From an uncultured Acidobacteriota bacterium (GTDB lineage: Bacteria > Acidobacteriota > Terriglobia > UBA7540 > JAPUME01), in the NCBI GenBank assembly GCA_964605715.1, contig CAZSDV010000003.1:19175-62966 (forward strand): 43,792 bases of DNA, given 5' to 3'. The notes below the pieces were generated by a model that worked only from the letters and a program-made list of their open reading frames with translations, had not been told where the DNA came from and searched no databases. This document shows positions 17,152 to 26,098 of this stretch, one piece after another; the stretch's first letter is position 1; each line of letters begins with the position of its first letter. The position numbers were made by a program, and so were the translations under genes.

Positions 17152-18270
17152 AGCTTGTTTTGGCGCCACGTCGTGGCCGCATCAGAAAAGGTTGAGCAAG
17201 CCGGTAACCAGAAGTACCAGACCAATCATATGAGTGCTATTTTTCAGCAAGGACTTTCCTTTAGCGGATTTGAGCGTGACGCGCTGGGGCTCAATATGAA
17301 GGGAAAGCGGTTCCTTGACATCTCTGGTATTTCAGGGGTTGATTCCATTAGCGATGGGCGTGGAGCAATATTTGCTGACTTCGACAATGATGGTGATTCG
17401 GACATCTTTCTGACTACCCTCCAAGGACAAGCTCACCTCTTATTTCGGAACAATGTTGGGCAGGAGAATAACTTTATTCGAGTCCATTTAGAGGGCTCCG
17501 AAAGCGGTCGAGATGCTTTCGGAACCGTGGTGCGCGCAAAAACTTCCTCAGGTATCCTTACTAAGATCAAGGGAGGGGGAAGCGGATTTCTGTCCCAACA
17601 TGATCCCCGTGTGCTGTTAGGTTTGGGAAAAGACCCGACAGCTGAATGGATTGAGATCAAGTGGCCTAGTGGCACGGTTCAGCGTTTTGCAGATGTTGCC
17701 GCAGGTTCCACTTTGAAAATCAAAGAGGACAAGGCCGAACTCCATTTGCTAACAGAGAAACGCTTTCAACTCGCAGATCCTCTTTCGAAAGAGGAAGAGT
17801 TTTTTGCAAACCTAAATTTCAAGCGAGGTGAAGCCTTTCCAGACCTCGAACTTCGTTCTCTCACTAATGAAGTGATTAATTTGCGGAGCCTAGTGAAGCC
17901 AGATCATAGATATTTTGTAAATTTGTGGGCTACCTGGTGCGTGCCTTGCCGGGAGGAGATGCCAGAGCTGCAAAAGCTATATCCACAATTTCAGGAGGCA
18001 GGGATTGAAATCCTCGGCGTCAGTATTGATATCGATACAGCTGATCGTGTTCCACGGTTTCTGCGCGATCACGGGATTCTCTATCCTGCTTACACAGCTG
18101 ACAAGTCTTCGGTCTCAAAAATCTTTTCAGGGGAAGAGGTTGTGATACCAATGTCTTTCCTGCTTGATGGGGAAGGTAGGGTTCTGGAAGTTTTTACTGG
18201 TTGGTCACAGGAAACAGAAGCTAAGATTCATCTGCTAACATCTAACGGTTCGCGGGAAACTACCCGATGA
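17152..18270 (+). CDS. continuation of the FG-GAP protein: one more FG-GAP repeat, an UnbV/ASPIC domain and a TlpA-like thioredoxin domain
   Basis: Same frame as 15472..17151 with no stop other than the TGA, and no RBS or ATG near its 5' end. Contains DFDNDGDSDIFL, GRDAFGTVVRAK...GGGSGFLSQHDPRVLLGLG...IEIKWPSGTVQ (UnbV_ASPIC), and FVNLWATWCVPCREEMPEL (TlpA/ResA-type CxxC). Confidence 0.8.
   Translation, partial: SLFWRHVVAASEKVEQAGNQKYQTNHMSAIFQQGLSFSGFERDALGLNMKGKRFLDISGISGVDSISDGRGAIFADFDNDGDSDIFLTTLQGQAHLLFRNNVGQENNFIRVHLEGSESGRDAFGTVVRAKTSSGILTKIKGGGSGFLSQHDPRVLLGLGKDPTAEWIEIKWPSGTVQRFADVAAGSTLKIKEDKAELHLLTEKRFQLADPLSKEEEFFANLNFKRGEAFPDLELRSLTNEVINLRSLVKPDHRYFVNLWATWCVPCREEMPELQKLYPQFQEAGIEILGVSIDIDTADRVPRFLRDHGILYPAYTADKSSVSKIFSGEEVVIPMSFLLDGEGRVLEVFTGWSQETEAKIHLLTSNGSRETTR
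17161..17181 (+). promoter_or_regulatory. SECIS-like hairpin downstream of the in-frame TGA 17149
   Basis: Counting the U of UGA as +1: pairs G17-C29, C18-G28, C19-G27, A20-U26, C21-G25, with loop G22 U23 C24. Outer pairs G15-C30 (C16 bulged), G14-C32 and U13-A33. Confidence 0.45.
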
Positions 18271-18598
18271 ACAATTCCACGAAAATATTTTCTCTGCAAT
18301 AGTGCCTTTCACTCCCGGCCGCCATTTCTAAGTCCCACGGTCAGCTCCAGGTATATTTGTTCTAAAGTTGTCACCACTTGGTAATTTTTTGGAATATCAT
18401 TTCTCGTTCTAAATGATTGAAATAAAGTGTCATATGTGAGAATAAAAGGGAATTTTCTTCGTATATAGGAATTTTAAGGTTGCCTTTTGGTGCAATTTAA
18501 GAGAAAATTCCAGGCTCTCTTGCGCGCGCGGTGCGTGTATACAGTTTAATCTTAGAGGAGAGCAAAGCAAACTTACCTTCATAAATGTGAGAAGAATT

Positions 18599-18955
18599 AT
18601 GTCTCCGATTTTAAGGACAAGAAAAAAGGCTCAACGGCAGAATCTGCTGAAAAAGAAAGCGGAGTTAATTGCTAATCGTGGACAGGAGCCCGATACACTA
18701 GTCTGGGGGGTCCGCTCTCCTGATTCTGTCGAATTGGCAGCCCACTCCGTCGAGCAGGATGTCGCGACTTGGACCGTAAATCTTCGCTTCAAAACGCTGC
18801 GAGAAATCGATGGGGCACTGAATCGCCTAGATGACGGCGATTACGGGACCTGTGAATCTTGTGGTGAATCGATTGCTTCGAATCGCCTGAAGGCCTTACC
18901 TTGGGCCCGTTTTTGTGTTGCTTGCCAGGAGATTGGTGCTATAAGCGTCAATTGA
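18599..18955 (+). CDS. DksA/TraR family C4-type zinc finger protein
   Basis: C-terminal CESCGESIASNRLKALPWARFCVACQE (CxxC-17-CxxC) preceded by a coiled-coil-like region. ATG 18599 is preferred over GTG 18587. Confidence 0.8.
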   Translation: MSPILRTRKKAQRQNLLKKKAELIANRGQEPDTLVWGVRSPDSVELAAHSVEQDVATWTVNLRFKTLREIDGALNRLDDGDYGTCESCGESIASNRLKALPWARFCVACQEIGAISVN

Positions 18956-19343
18956 CCCGCAGCCTCCCTTGTTTTCTCTCGCCAGAAGAAATCAGGATTA
19001 GGATAGACTGATTTTACGGTGAATTCATGGCAAAAATAGGTAGGAGTGGTGTGGCCGGCACAATTTGGATTGAAGGAGCAGGGGGGGGCGCAGTGTCCTT
19101 TTTTGATAGTCTCCCAAAAATTACCTTCAAAAGGAAAAGAGTATTGCCTTCTATTTGCCGAATAAGTTAGGATAAACTCCTCTTCAGGTCTGAGTTTCTA
19201 GGGGCACTGGAAATGTGGTTTAAGGACATCAGGCTGAAGGGGTAAGGTCGGCTCCCGAGTTCGAAAGGGGGAGTTGGCCTGTTCCGAACAGGAGTGTTTT
19301 GGTTGGTCTCAGCTGGTACTTTTCAAACAGGAGTTAGTTCCCA

Positions 19344-19601
19344 ATGGCCTACATAATTGCGGAGCCTTGTATTGGTACCAAGGATACAGCTTGTGTGGAT
19401 GTTTGCCCGGTAGATTGCATTCATCCTAGGCAAGATGAGGACACCTATGAGTCGGTTGAACAGCTCTATATTGATCCCATTGAGTGCATTGATTGTGGAG
19501 CTTGTGTTCCGGTTTGTCCTGTCACTGCCATTTTTCCGCTGGATGATTTGCCCGAGAAGTGGGAAAAATTTACAGAGATCAACGCCGAATACTTCAAGTA
19601 A
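19344..19601 (+). CDS. ferredoxin (FdxA-type, 3Fe-4S/4Fe-4S pattern)
   Basis: 85 aa. [27 protein letters not shown]....[16 protein letters not shown]. Confidence 0.9.
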   Translation: MAYIIAEPCIGTKDTACVDVCPVDCIHPRQDEDTYESVEQLYIDPIECIDCGACVPVCPVTAIFPLDDLPEKWEKFTEINAEYFK

Positions 19602-19884
19602 TAATTCGGCCAGGGCTAGCAGCTTTATTAAATTCGCTTGCCCATTCCCTTTCAAACTGATCCCACTTTTGTTTTCTTAGGAAAAACTTCCAAGGTGCAG
19701 TCAAACTTGTCGGGAGTGCTAATAGTGTTTAGTTTGGCTCCGTACCTGGGAGAGATGCGTTCGGTAGATTAGGAGCGGAAATTGTAATTGGTTCGCCGCG
19801 TTAAGCTAATCTAAAATGGCGCATCTTTAGTGGGTTAATCATGAGGTTTGCGCTCTTCTTTTTCAGTGTAGTGGAGGTGATTTT

Positions 19885-21030
19885 ATGAAAATAGTTTCCG
19901 TTGAGCCTTTCGTGGTTGGCACGAGTTGGCGAAACCTCATATTTGTTCGTGTCAAGACGGACGAAGGGTTAGAGGGGGTAGGAGAATGTACCTTGCAGAA
20001 CCGCCACGAAGGTGTGCTCGGCTTCCTTAAGGGTGCTGTACGGCGATACGTAATTGGTTCGGACCCTTTCGATATTGAGAGCCTCTGGCTTCGGATGTAC
20101 CGAAATGATTTCTGGCGTGGTGGTGACATTGCCCTGACAGCATTGAGTGCAATCGAACTAGCTTGCTGGGATATTGTCGGTAAAGCAACGAACCAGCCGG
20201 TCTATCGCCTCTTGGGGGGAAAATGCCGTGAAAAGGTGCGTGCATATGCTAACGCCTGGTACACTACGGCCCGCAAGCCTGAGGAGTTCGCCCGGCTAGC
20301 AAAGGGGGTAGTCAAAAAAGGGTATACTGCCATGAAAGTAGACCCTTTTGGGCCAGGAGAGCTAGAACTGTCACATAAAGAGCGTGACCGGGCCATCGAT
20401 CTAGTTGCTGCTATCCGTGAGGCCGTGGGATCTGAGATTGATATCTTTATCGAAATGCACGGACGGTTCAGCGCAGCCATGGCCATTGAAATTTCAAGGC
20501 TGCTCGAGCCCTACAAACCTGGCTGGATTGAGGAGCCTTGTCCTCCGGAAGACATTCCTTCGCTCGTAAAGGTAGCAAATTCCGTCAATATTCCTGTTGC
20601 CACCGGTGAACGTTATTTCACGCGCTACGGTTTTCGGGAGGTGCTGGAAACAGGTGCACCCGATATTATTCAGGCAGATATGCTTCATACTGGCGGTTTT
20701 CTAGAAATGAAAAAGATTGCTGCCATGGCTGATGTTCGCTCTATGTTAATGGCTCCACATAACTCGAATGGCCCCATCTGCACCACCACCAGTGTTCATC
20801 TGGGATTTTGCACATCAAACTTTAAAATCCAGGAGTGTTTCGATGATTTTTCGGAGCCCTGGGTACTCGATGCTGTATCTGGAGTTCCGCGCGTTGTGAA
20901 TGGTTACTTCTCACCGCCTACCAGGCCTGGATGGGGGATTGAACTGAACGAAGATGTCATCCAGGAACATCCTATGAATGATGAGTTTTTCAATTTATGG
21001 GAAGAAAACTGGCATATGCGAGGAAAGTAA
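19885..21030 (+). CDS. enolase-superfamily enzyme (mandelate racemase / galactonate dehydratase-like)
   Basis: 381 aa. N-terminal capping domain (KIVSVEPFVVGTSWRNLIFVRVKTDEGLEGVGE), barrel with AMKVDPFG, IDIFIEMHG, WIEEP and ATGER. Confidence 0.9.
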   Translation: MKIVSVEPFVVGTSWRNLIFVRVKTDEGLEGVGECTLQNRHEGVLGFLKGAVRRYVIGSDPFDIESLWLRMYRNDFWRGGDIALTALSAIELACWDIVGKATNQPVYRLLGGKCREKVRAYANAWYTTARKPEEFARLAKGVVKKGYTAMKVDPFGPGELELSHKERDRAIDLVAAIREAVGSEIDIFIEMHGRFSAAMAIEISRLLEPYKPGWIEEPCPPEDIPSLVKVANSVNIPVATGERYFTRYGFREVLETGAPDIIQADMLHTGGFLEMKKIAAMADVRSMLMAPHNSNGPICTTTSVHLGFCTSNFKIQECFDDFSEPWVLDAVSGVPRVVNGYFSPPTRPGWGIELNEDVIQEHPMNDEFFNLWEENWHMRGK

Positions 21031-21139
21031 GGATTAATTTTTCTCTTAATGCTGCCGCATGCTGAAATTCCCCTCTACTCAATCAGTGTTAATGCCTTTA
21101 TTTCCGGCTAAGGTTGAAGGCTGTCCTTAGGGATTATCA

Positions 21140-21955
21140 ATGAGGATATTGCTAAAGAGCAACTGGAGTGAGCAACTGAGACTGTGGTGCATAATCTTTG
21201 CTCTCGGTGGGTTGGTGCCACCATCGTCAGCGCGAGAAGAAGAAGTGAGGAATCCTCATACCACTTCGGTTGACGTGACAATCGGGGCCAGTTTATTCAG
21301 AGGCCACTGTGCCTTCTGTCACGGGTTGGCAGGAGGAGGTGGGCGAGGACCGAATTTGACGTTGGGAGAGTTTTACCACGGATCGAGTGATGCTGAGCTA
21401 CTTCACACGGTACAAAAAGGACTCCAGGGGACCGAGATGCCAGGCTCCTGGCTAAAGACCCAAAGTCTTTGGAGGATGATTGCTTATGTGCGTTCGTTGA
21501 GTGAAGATTCTCGCCCGACTAAACTACCCGGCAACCCAAAAGACGGCCGGGAGCTATTTCGTGGGCGTGGTGCTTGCCTTCAGTGTCACCTAGTTCAAGG
21601 TCAGGGGGGGCGACTCGGACCGGATCTTACTAATATTGGCTCCCGCCTCAATCCAGAATCCCTAAAGGTTTCAATTTTCAGGCCCAATGAGGTTGTTAAT
21701 CCGGAATACTGGTCTTTTCGGGTTACTGAGAAGAGCGGCACCATCCTCCAGGGAATTCGGCTTAACGAAGGTCCTTATTCACTCCAGATGATGGATATGA
21801 ATGAAAATTTACATTCCTTGTGGAAGCGAAATCTAAAGGTCCATATGACCAAAACATCTTGGATGCCCTCTTATGAAGATGTTTTCAATCAAGATGAGGT
21901 AGATGACATCATTGCCTACCTTTACTCGCTTCGAAGCAAACCGAGGATTAAATGA
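21140..21955 (+). CDS. diheme c-type cytochrome, secreted
   Basis: Signal peptide and two CxxCH sites (CAFCH, CLQCH). The second is followed by GPDLTNIGSR...SWMPSY...DIIAYLYSL, typical of dehydrogenase-associated cytochrome c domains. ATGA overlap with the next gene. Confidence 0.85.
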   Translation: MRILLKSNWSEQLRLWCIIFALGGLVPPSSAREEEVRNPHTTSVDVTIGASLFRGHCAFCHGLAGGGGRGPNLTLGEFYHGSSDAELLHTVQKGLQGTEMPGSWLKTQSLWRMIAYVRSLSEDSRPTKLPGNPKDGRELFRGRGACLQCHLVQGQGGRLGPDLTNIGSRLNPESLKVSIFRPNEVVNPEYWSFRVTEKSGTILQGIRLNEGPYSLQMMDMNENLHSLWKRNLKVHMTKTSWMPSYEDVFNQDEVDDIIAYLYSLRSKPRIK

Positions 21956-23550
21956 AGCGTTTATGGTTTTTCCTTCTTGTCTTTAGCTGCGTGTTAAGAC
22001 TTCCAGCACAGGTTACTTACGAGCGACTACTTCAGGCCGAACAAGAACCTGAGAACTGGCTAACCTATTCAGGAAGTTATTCAAGTCAGCGTTATAGCAA
22101 ACTCAAATTAATTGACCGCAACAATGTTGGGAATCTGATACTGAAGTGGGTTTTTCAGATGAAGACAACAGTGCATGTGGAAACTTCACCTCTGATCGTC
22201 GATGGGATTATGTATGTTACTGATCCCCCTAATAAAGTTCACGCCATTGATACGCGGACAGGCCGTACCTTCTGGTCTCACCAGCGAGCTCTCCCTGGAC
22301 ACATTAACCGTACGGTCTGCTGCGGCTTGGTTAACCGTGGACTAGCCATACTGGGTGATAAACTCTATTGGGGAACATTAGATGCTCACCTGATTGCATT
22401 GGATTCGAAGACAGGGTCTGTTCTTTGGGATGTCGAAGTGGCTGATTACCGAGCTGGCTATGCGATTACCAGTGCTCCACTAGCGGTCAAAAATATGGTG
22501 ATTACGGGTATTGCCGGAGGAGAGTATGGCATTCGTGGGTTTGTGGATGCCTATGATTCAGAGACCGGGAAACAAGTATGGCGATTCTACACCGTTCCTG
22601 GGCCTGGTGAGCCAGGAAACGAAACCTGGGAAGGGGATTCCTGGAAGACAGGAGGCGCTCCCACTTGGGTTACTGGTTCATTTGATCCAGGCTTGAATCT
22701 GATTTACTGGGGAACAGGAAATCCAGGTCCAGATTGGGACGGCAGTGTCCGCGAGGGAGATAACCTGTATTCATCAGCTGTGGTTGCGTTGGATGCCGAC
22801 AGCGGAAAACTTAGGTGGCATTATCAATTCACACCACATGATGTCCATGACTGGGATGCCGCTCAAATCCCTGTCCTAGTCGATGCCAAGTTTCAAGGTC
22901 GTGATCGGAAGTTGATGCTGTGGGGTAATCGTAATGCCTTTTATTATATATTGGATCGAGAGACTGGCAAGTTTCTCTTGGGAAAGGCGTATGCTCGACA
23001 AACCTGGTCCGATGGTTTCACTGCAGATGGCCGACCGATTGTTAAGCCTAATACTGATCCCACCCCTGAGGGCAACCTAGTTTATCCTGGATTGATAGGA
23101 GCTACTAACTGGTTCTCTCCCTCCTACAGTCCAAAATCGGATCTGTTTTACCTTTCGGTGTGGGAGGATTATGGCAGCATTTACTTTACGGAGGAATCCG
23201 ATTATAAACCTGGTGACCGTTATCTTGGCGGTGTTGCGGCGAAGGTTCCTGATGAACCGGGAAGAGGTGTTATTCGTGCCTTGGACCCATGGACTGGCGA
23301 ATTAAAATGGGAACACAAGTTGCAAAAAAAACCTATCACTGGACTTCTCTCTACTGCCGGAGGTCTTGTGTTCGGCGGCTCAGAGGAGGGCTACTTCTAT
23401 GCTCTGGATTCTGATTCAGGTGAGGACCTTTGGCGCATTAACACAGGAGGTCAAGTCCGTGCTGGCCCTGTTACGTATTTAAGTGAAGGAAAGCAGCTGG
23501 TGTCAATTGCCTCCGGTAGCGCCATATTCACTTTTGAGCTTCAGCAGTAG
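21952..23550 (+). CDS. PQQ-dependent alcohol dehydrogenase (methanol/ethanol family)
   Basis: 532 aa with a signal peptide. Vicinal disulfide CC (C123-C124, nt 22318-22323), W-rich propeller repeats, and active-site D300-W-D302 (nt 22849-22857). Confidence 0.92.
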   Translation: MKRLWFFLLVFSCVLRLPAQVTYERLLQAEQEPENWLTYSGSYSSQRYSKLKLIDRNNVGNLILKWVFQMKTTVHVETSPLIVDGIMYVTDPPNKVHAIDTRTGRTFWSHQRALPGHINRTVCCGLVNRGLAILGDKLYWGTLDAHLIALDSKTGSVLWDVEVADYRAGYAITSAPLAVKNMVITGIAGGEYGIRGFVDAYDSETGKQVWRFYTVPGPGEPGNETWEGDSWKTGGAPTWVTGSFDPGLNLIYWGTGNPGPDWDGSVREGDNLYSSAVVALDADSGKLRWHYQFTPHDVHDWDAAQIPVLVDAKFQGRDRKLMLWGNRNAFYYILDRETGKFLLGKAYARQTWSDGFTADGRPIVKPNTDPTPEGNLVYPGLIGATNWFSPSYSPKSDLFYLSVWEDYGSIYFTEESDYKPGDRYLGGVAAKVPDEPGRGVIRALDPWTGELKWEHKLQKKPITGLLSTAGGLVFGGSEEGYFYALDSDSGEDLWRINTGGQVRAGPVTYLSEGKQLVSIASGSAIFTFELQQ

Positions 23551-23755
23551 CCCGTTCCCTTCAGATGGGAGGGGTGGTTACCTCCATAGATTCTGCAGAT
23601 GGCCTCAAAAATAAACTTTCAACTAATAACAGAAAATGAGCTGGGTTTTTGTCTTGCGCTCATAAGGCATGACACTATTATTTTGTTTCTACAACTAAGA
23701 GGAATGCAAATTAATGAGCAGTGAAAAAGCTAAAAGCCCTGGAAGTGCTAGCCTC

Positions 23756-26077
23756 CTAAAGGGTAGCTTTTCTCAGACGTAGTGCGTTGGTAATTACAGA
23801 AATGGAACTGAAGGTCATAGCCCCAGCCGCAATCATCGGGTTAAGTAATAATCCAAAAAAAGGGTAAAGGATTCCAGCAGCGATCGGAACCCCGAGAGAG
23901 TTAAAAATAAGGGCTAAGAAGAGGTTCTGGCGGATATTGCGCATGGTTGTACGACTCAACCGTCGAGCCCGTGTGATTCCACGCAGGTCCCCCTTAATGA
24001 GCGTCACCCCGGCATTTTCCATGGCTATAGCAGTCCCAGTTCCCATGGCGATTCCTACTTGTGCCAGAGCTAGGGCGGGGGCATCATTGATCCCGTCTCC
24101 GGCCATTGCTACCACATGGCCTTGAGCTCGGAGCCGTTTTACCACTTCACCTTTTTGGTCAGGTAACACTTCAGCTTCCATGCCAGTTAGCTCAAGCTTC
24201 TGTGCTACAGCGGTAGCGGTTCCCTTACTGTCGCCTGTGACCATAATGACTTTTATGCCCTCTTGGTTTAGCATCTTTATTGCTTCCGGAGTAGATTTCC
24301 TAATGGGATCTCCTACGGCCACGAGCCCAGCTATTTTGTTTTCCACAGCTACGAATACCACTGTCTGTCCGTCCTGTTGAAGGGTTTCAGCGCGATCGGC
24401 TAGAGTGCTCGGATCAATACCTAATTCTTTAAGCAGAGCGATGTTACCAAGAGTCACCTGTTGTCCATCCACCGTTCCCATTACACCTTTTCCGGTTAGC
24501 GATTGGAATTCTTGCGCTTCATGAAGATCCAAGTCTCTCTCACGTGCGGCCGTTACGATAGCGGCCGCTAGGGGATGCTCGCTTGCCTTTTCCAAGGTTG
24601 CCGCGAGTCGCAGAATCTCTAAGTTGTCCATGTCTGGTACAGTAACAATAGCACTCAATCGGGGCTTACCCTCTGTTAGGGTGCCGGTCTTATCAATTAC
24701 CAACGTATCAATTTTTTCGAGCACTTCCAGAGCCTCCGCATCCTTGATTAGAACTCCCGTGGTTGCGCCAAGGCCGATGCCGACCATGATCGACATTGGC
24801 GTAGCCAGCCCCAGTGCGCAGGGGCAAGCTATAACCAAAACCGCCACAGCATTTACAAGTGCATGAGCCAACGTAGGCTTTGGCCCGAGAAGGGCCCACA
24901 AGAGGAAGGTGATCCCGGCGATGGAGAAAACTGCTGGGATGAAATAGGAGGCCACCACATCAGCTAGGCGTTGAGTCGGTGCACGGCTTCGCTGCGCTTC
25001 ACTTACCATTTGGATGATTTGCGCCAGAAGGGTATCTTTTCCTACTTGTTCCGCGCGCATCTGAAAGGTACCAGTACCGTTTAATGTCCCGCTGGTGACA
25101 CGACTCTTAGAAGATTTTTCCACGGGGATTGCTTCGCCGGTTACAGAGGATTCATCTATGGAGCTTGTCCCCATGAGTACCATGCCGTCTACGGGAATTT
25201 TCTCTCCCGGGCGAACTCGGAGCCGGTCACCCGGCTTAACTCCTTCTATTGGCACATCAATATCTGTCTCGTCATCCTGTACTAGGCAGGCAGTTTTAGG
25301 TGCAAGACCAAGAAGAGCTTTGAGCGCAGTGCCGGTCTTACCACGGGCTCGGAGCTCGAGCACTTGTCCCAACAATACCAGGGTGATAATCATGGCCCCA
25401 GCTTCAAAATAGACGTCAATTCTCCCACTTCCACTTTGAAAAGAAACGGGAATGATGCCTGGCAAAATCGTGACAAGGACACTAAATATGTAGGCGATCC
25501 CGGCACCCACGGTAATGAGGGTGAACATGTTCAAGCTTCGCTGCGTTGTCGACATCCATCCGCGCTGGAGAAGCGGCCATCCTCCCCAAAGAACAACTGG
25601 TGTGGCTAGCGCGAATTGCATCCACCGCCCCATGGCTTTAGAGATTATCTGTTCTAGTGGTTGCCCAGGGATCATTTCTCCCATTGCGAGAACAAGTACA
25701 GGAAATGAGAGAGCGAAGCTTATCCAGAACCGCCGTGTCATCTCGACGAGCTCAGGGTTTTCTTTTTGTTCTAGCGTCAAAGTACGAGGTTCGAGCGCCA
25801 TGCCACATTTCGGGCAGGGGCCAGGTTCAGATTCGTTAACCTCTGGATCCATCGGGCAGACATAGCTGTTTTCTTGGCTTTTTTGCGGGGATCCTACACT
25901 CGATGAAGGTGTATTAGGATTTAGTTGAGCCATTGCAGGTTTCAGGTATTTCGCTGGGTGGCCTTGGAATTTTTCACGGCAGCGCTCGCAGCAGAAGTAA
26001 TATGTTTTGCCGCCGTGCTCGTGGGAGGCTACAGCTGAAGTTGGCTCTATCTCCATTCCGCATACGGGATCTATCAA
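23756..26077 (-). CDS. copA: heavy-metal (Cu+-type) translocating P1B-type ATPase
   Basis: 773 aa. TM CPC motif ([12 protein letters not shown]), DKTGTLT, SEHPLA and GDGINDAP. N-terminal TRASH/YHS-like DPVCGMEI...YYFCCERC plus CPMDPEV...CPKCGMAL, and no GMTCxxC HMA domain. Confidence 0.95.
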   Translation of the reverse strand: MIDPVCGMEIEPTSAVASHEHGGKTYYFCCERCREKFQGHPAKYLKPAMAQLNPNTPSSSVGSPQKSQENSYVCPMDPEVNESEPGPCPKCGMALEPRTLTLEQKENPELVEMTRRFWISFALSFPVLVLAMGEMIPGQPLEQIISKAMGRWMQFALATPVVLWGGWPLLQRGWMSTTQRSLNMFTLITVGAGIAYIFSVLVTILPGIIPVSFQSGSGRIDVYFEAGAMIITLVLLGQVLELRARGKTGTALKALLGLAPKTACLVQDDETDIDVPIEGVKPGDRLRVRPGEKIPVDGMVLMGTSSIDESSVTGEAIPVEKSSKSRVTSGTLNGTGTFQMRAEQVGKDTLLAQIIQMVSEAQRSRAPTQRLADVVASYFIPAVFSIAGITFLLWALLGPKPTLAHALVNAVAVLVIACPCALGLATPMSIMVGIGLGATTGVLIKDAEALEVLEKIDTLVIDKTGTLTEGKPRLSAIVTVPDMDNLEILRLAATLEKASEHPLAAAIVTAARERDLDLHEAQEFQSLTGKGVMGTVDGQQVTLGNIALLKELGIDPSTLADRAETLQQDGQTVVFVAVENKIAGLVAVGDPIRKSTPEAIKMLNQEGIKVIMVTGDSKGTATAVAQKLELTGMEAEVLPDQKGEVVKRLRAQGHVVAMAGDGINDAPALALAQVGIAMGTGTAIAMENAGVTLIKGDLRGITRARRLSRTTMRNIRQNLFLALIFNSLGVPIAAGILYPFFGLLLNPMIAAGAMTFSSISVITNALRLRKATL

Positions 26078-26098
26078 TGCTGAATCACTCCTTTTATC

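Noticed and set aside
19251-19274. A T-loop-like GAGTTCGAAAG hairpin, which suggested a tRNA or tmRNA fragment
   Set aside because: No acceptor, D or anticodon arms can be built around it, so it was kept only as part of the ferredoxin-leader observation.
19323-19655. A 110-aa ORF antisense to the ferredoxin gene
   Set aside because: The plus-strand frame has unambiguous Fe-S cluster Cys motifs.
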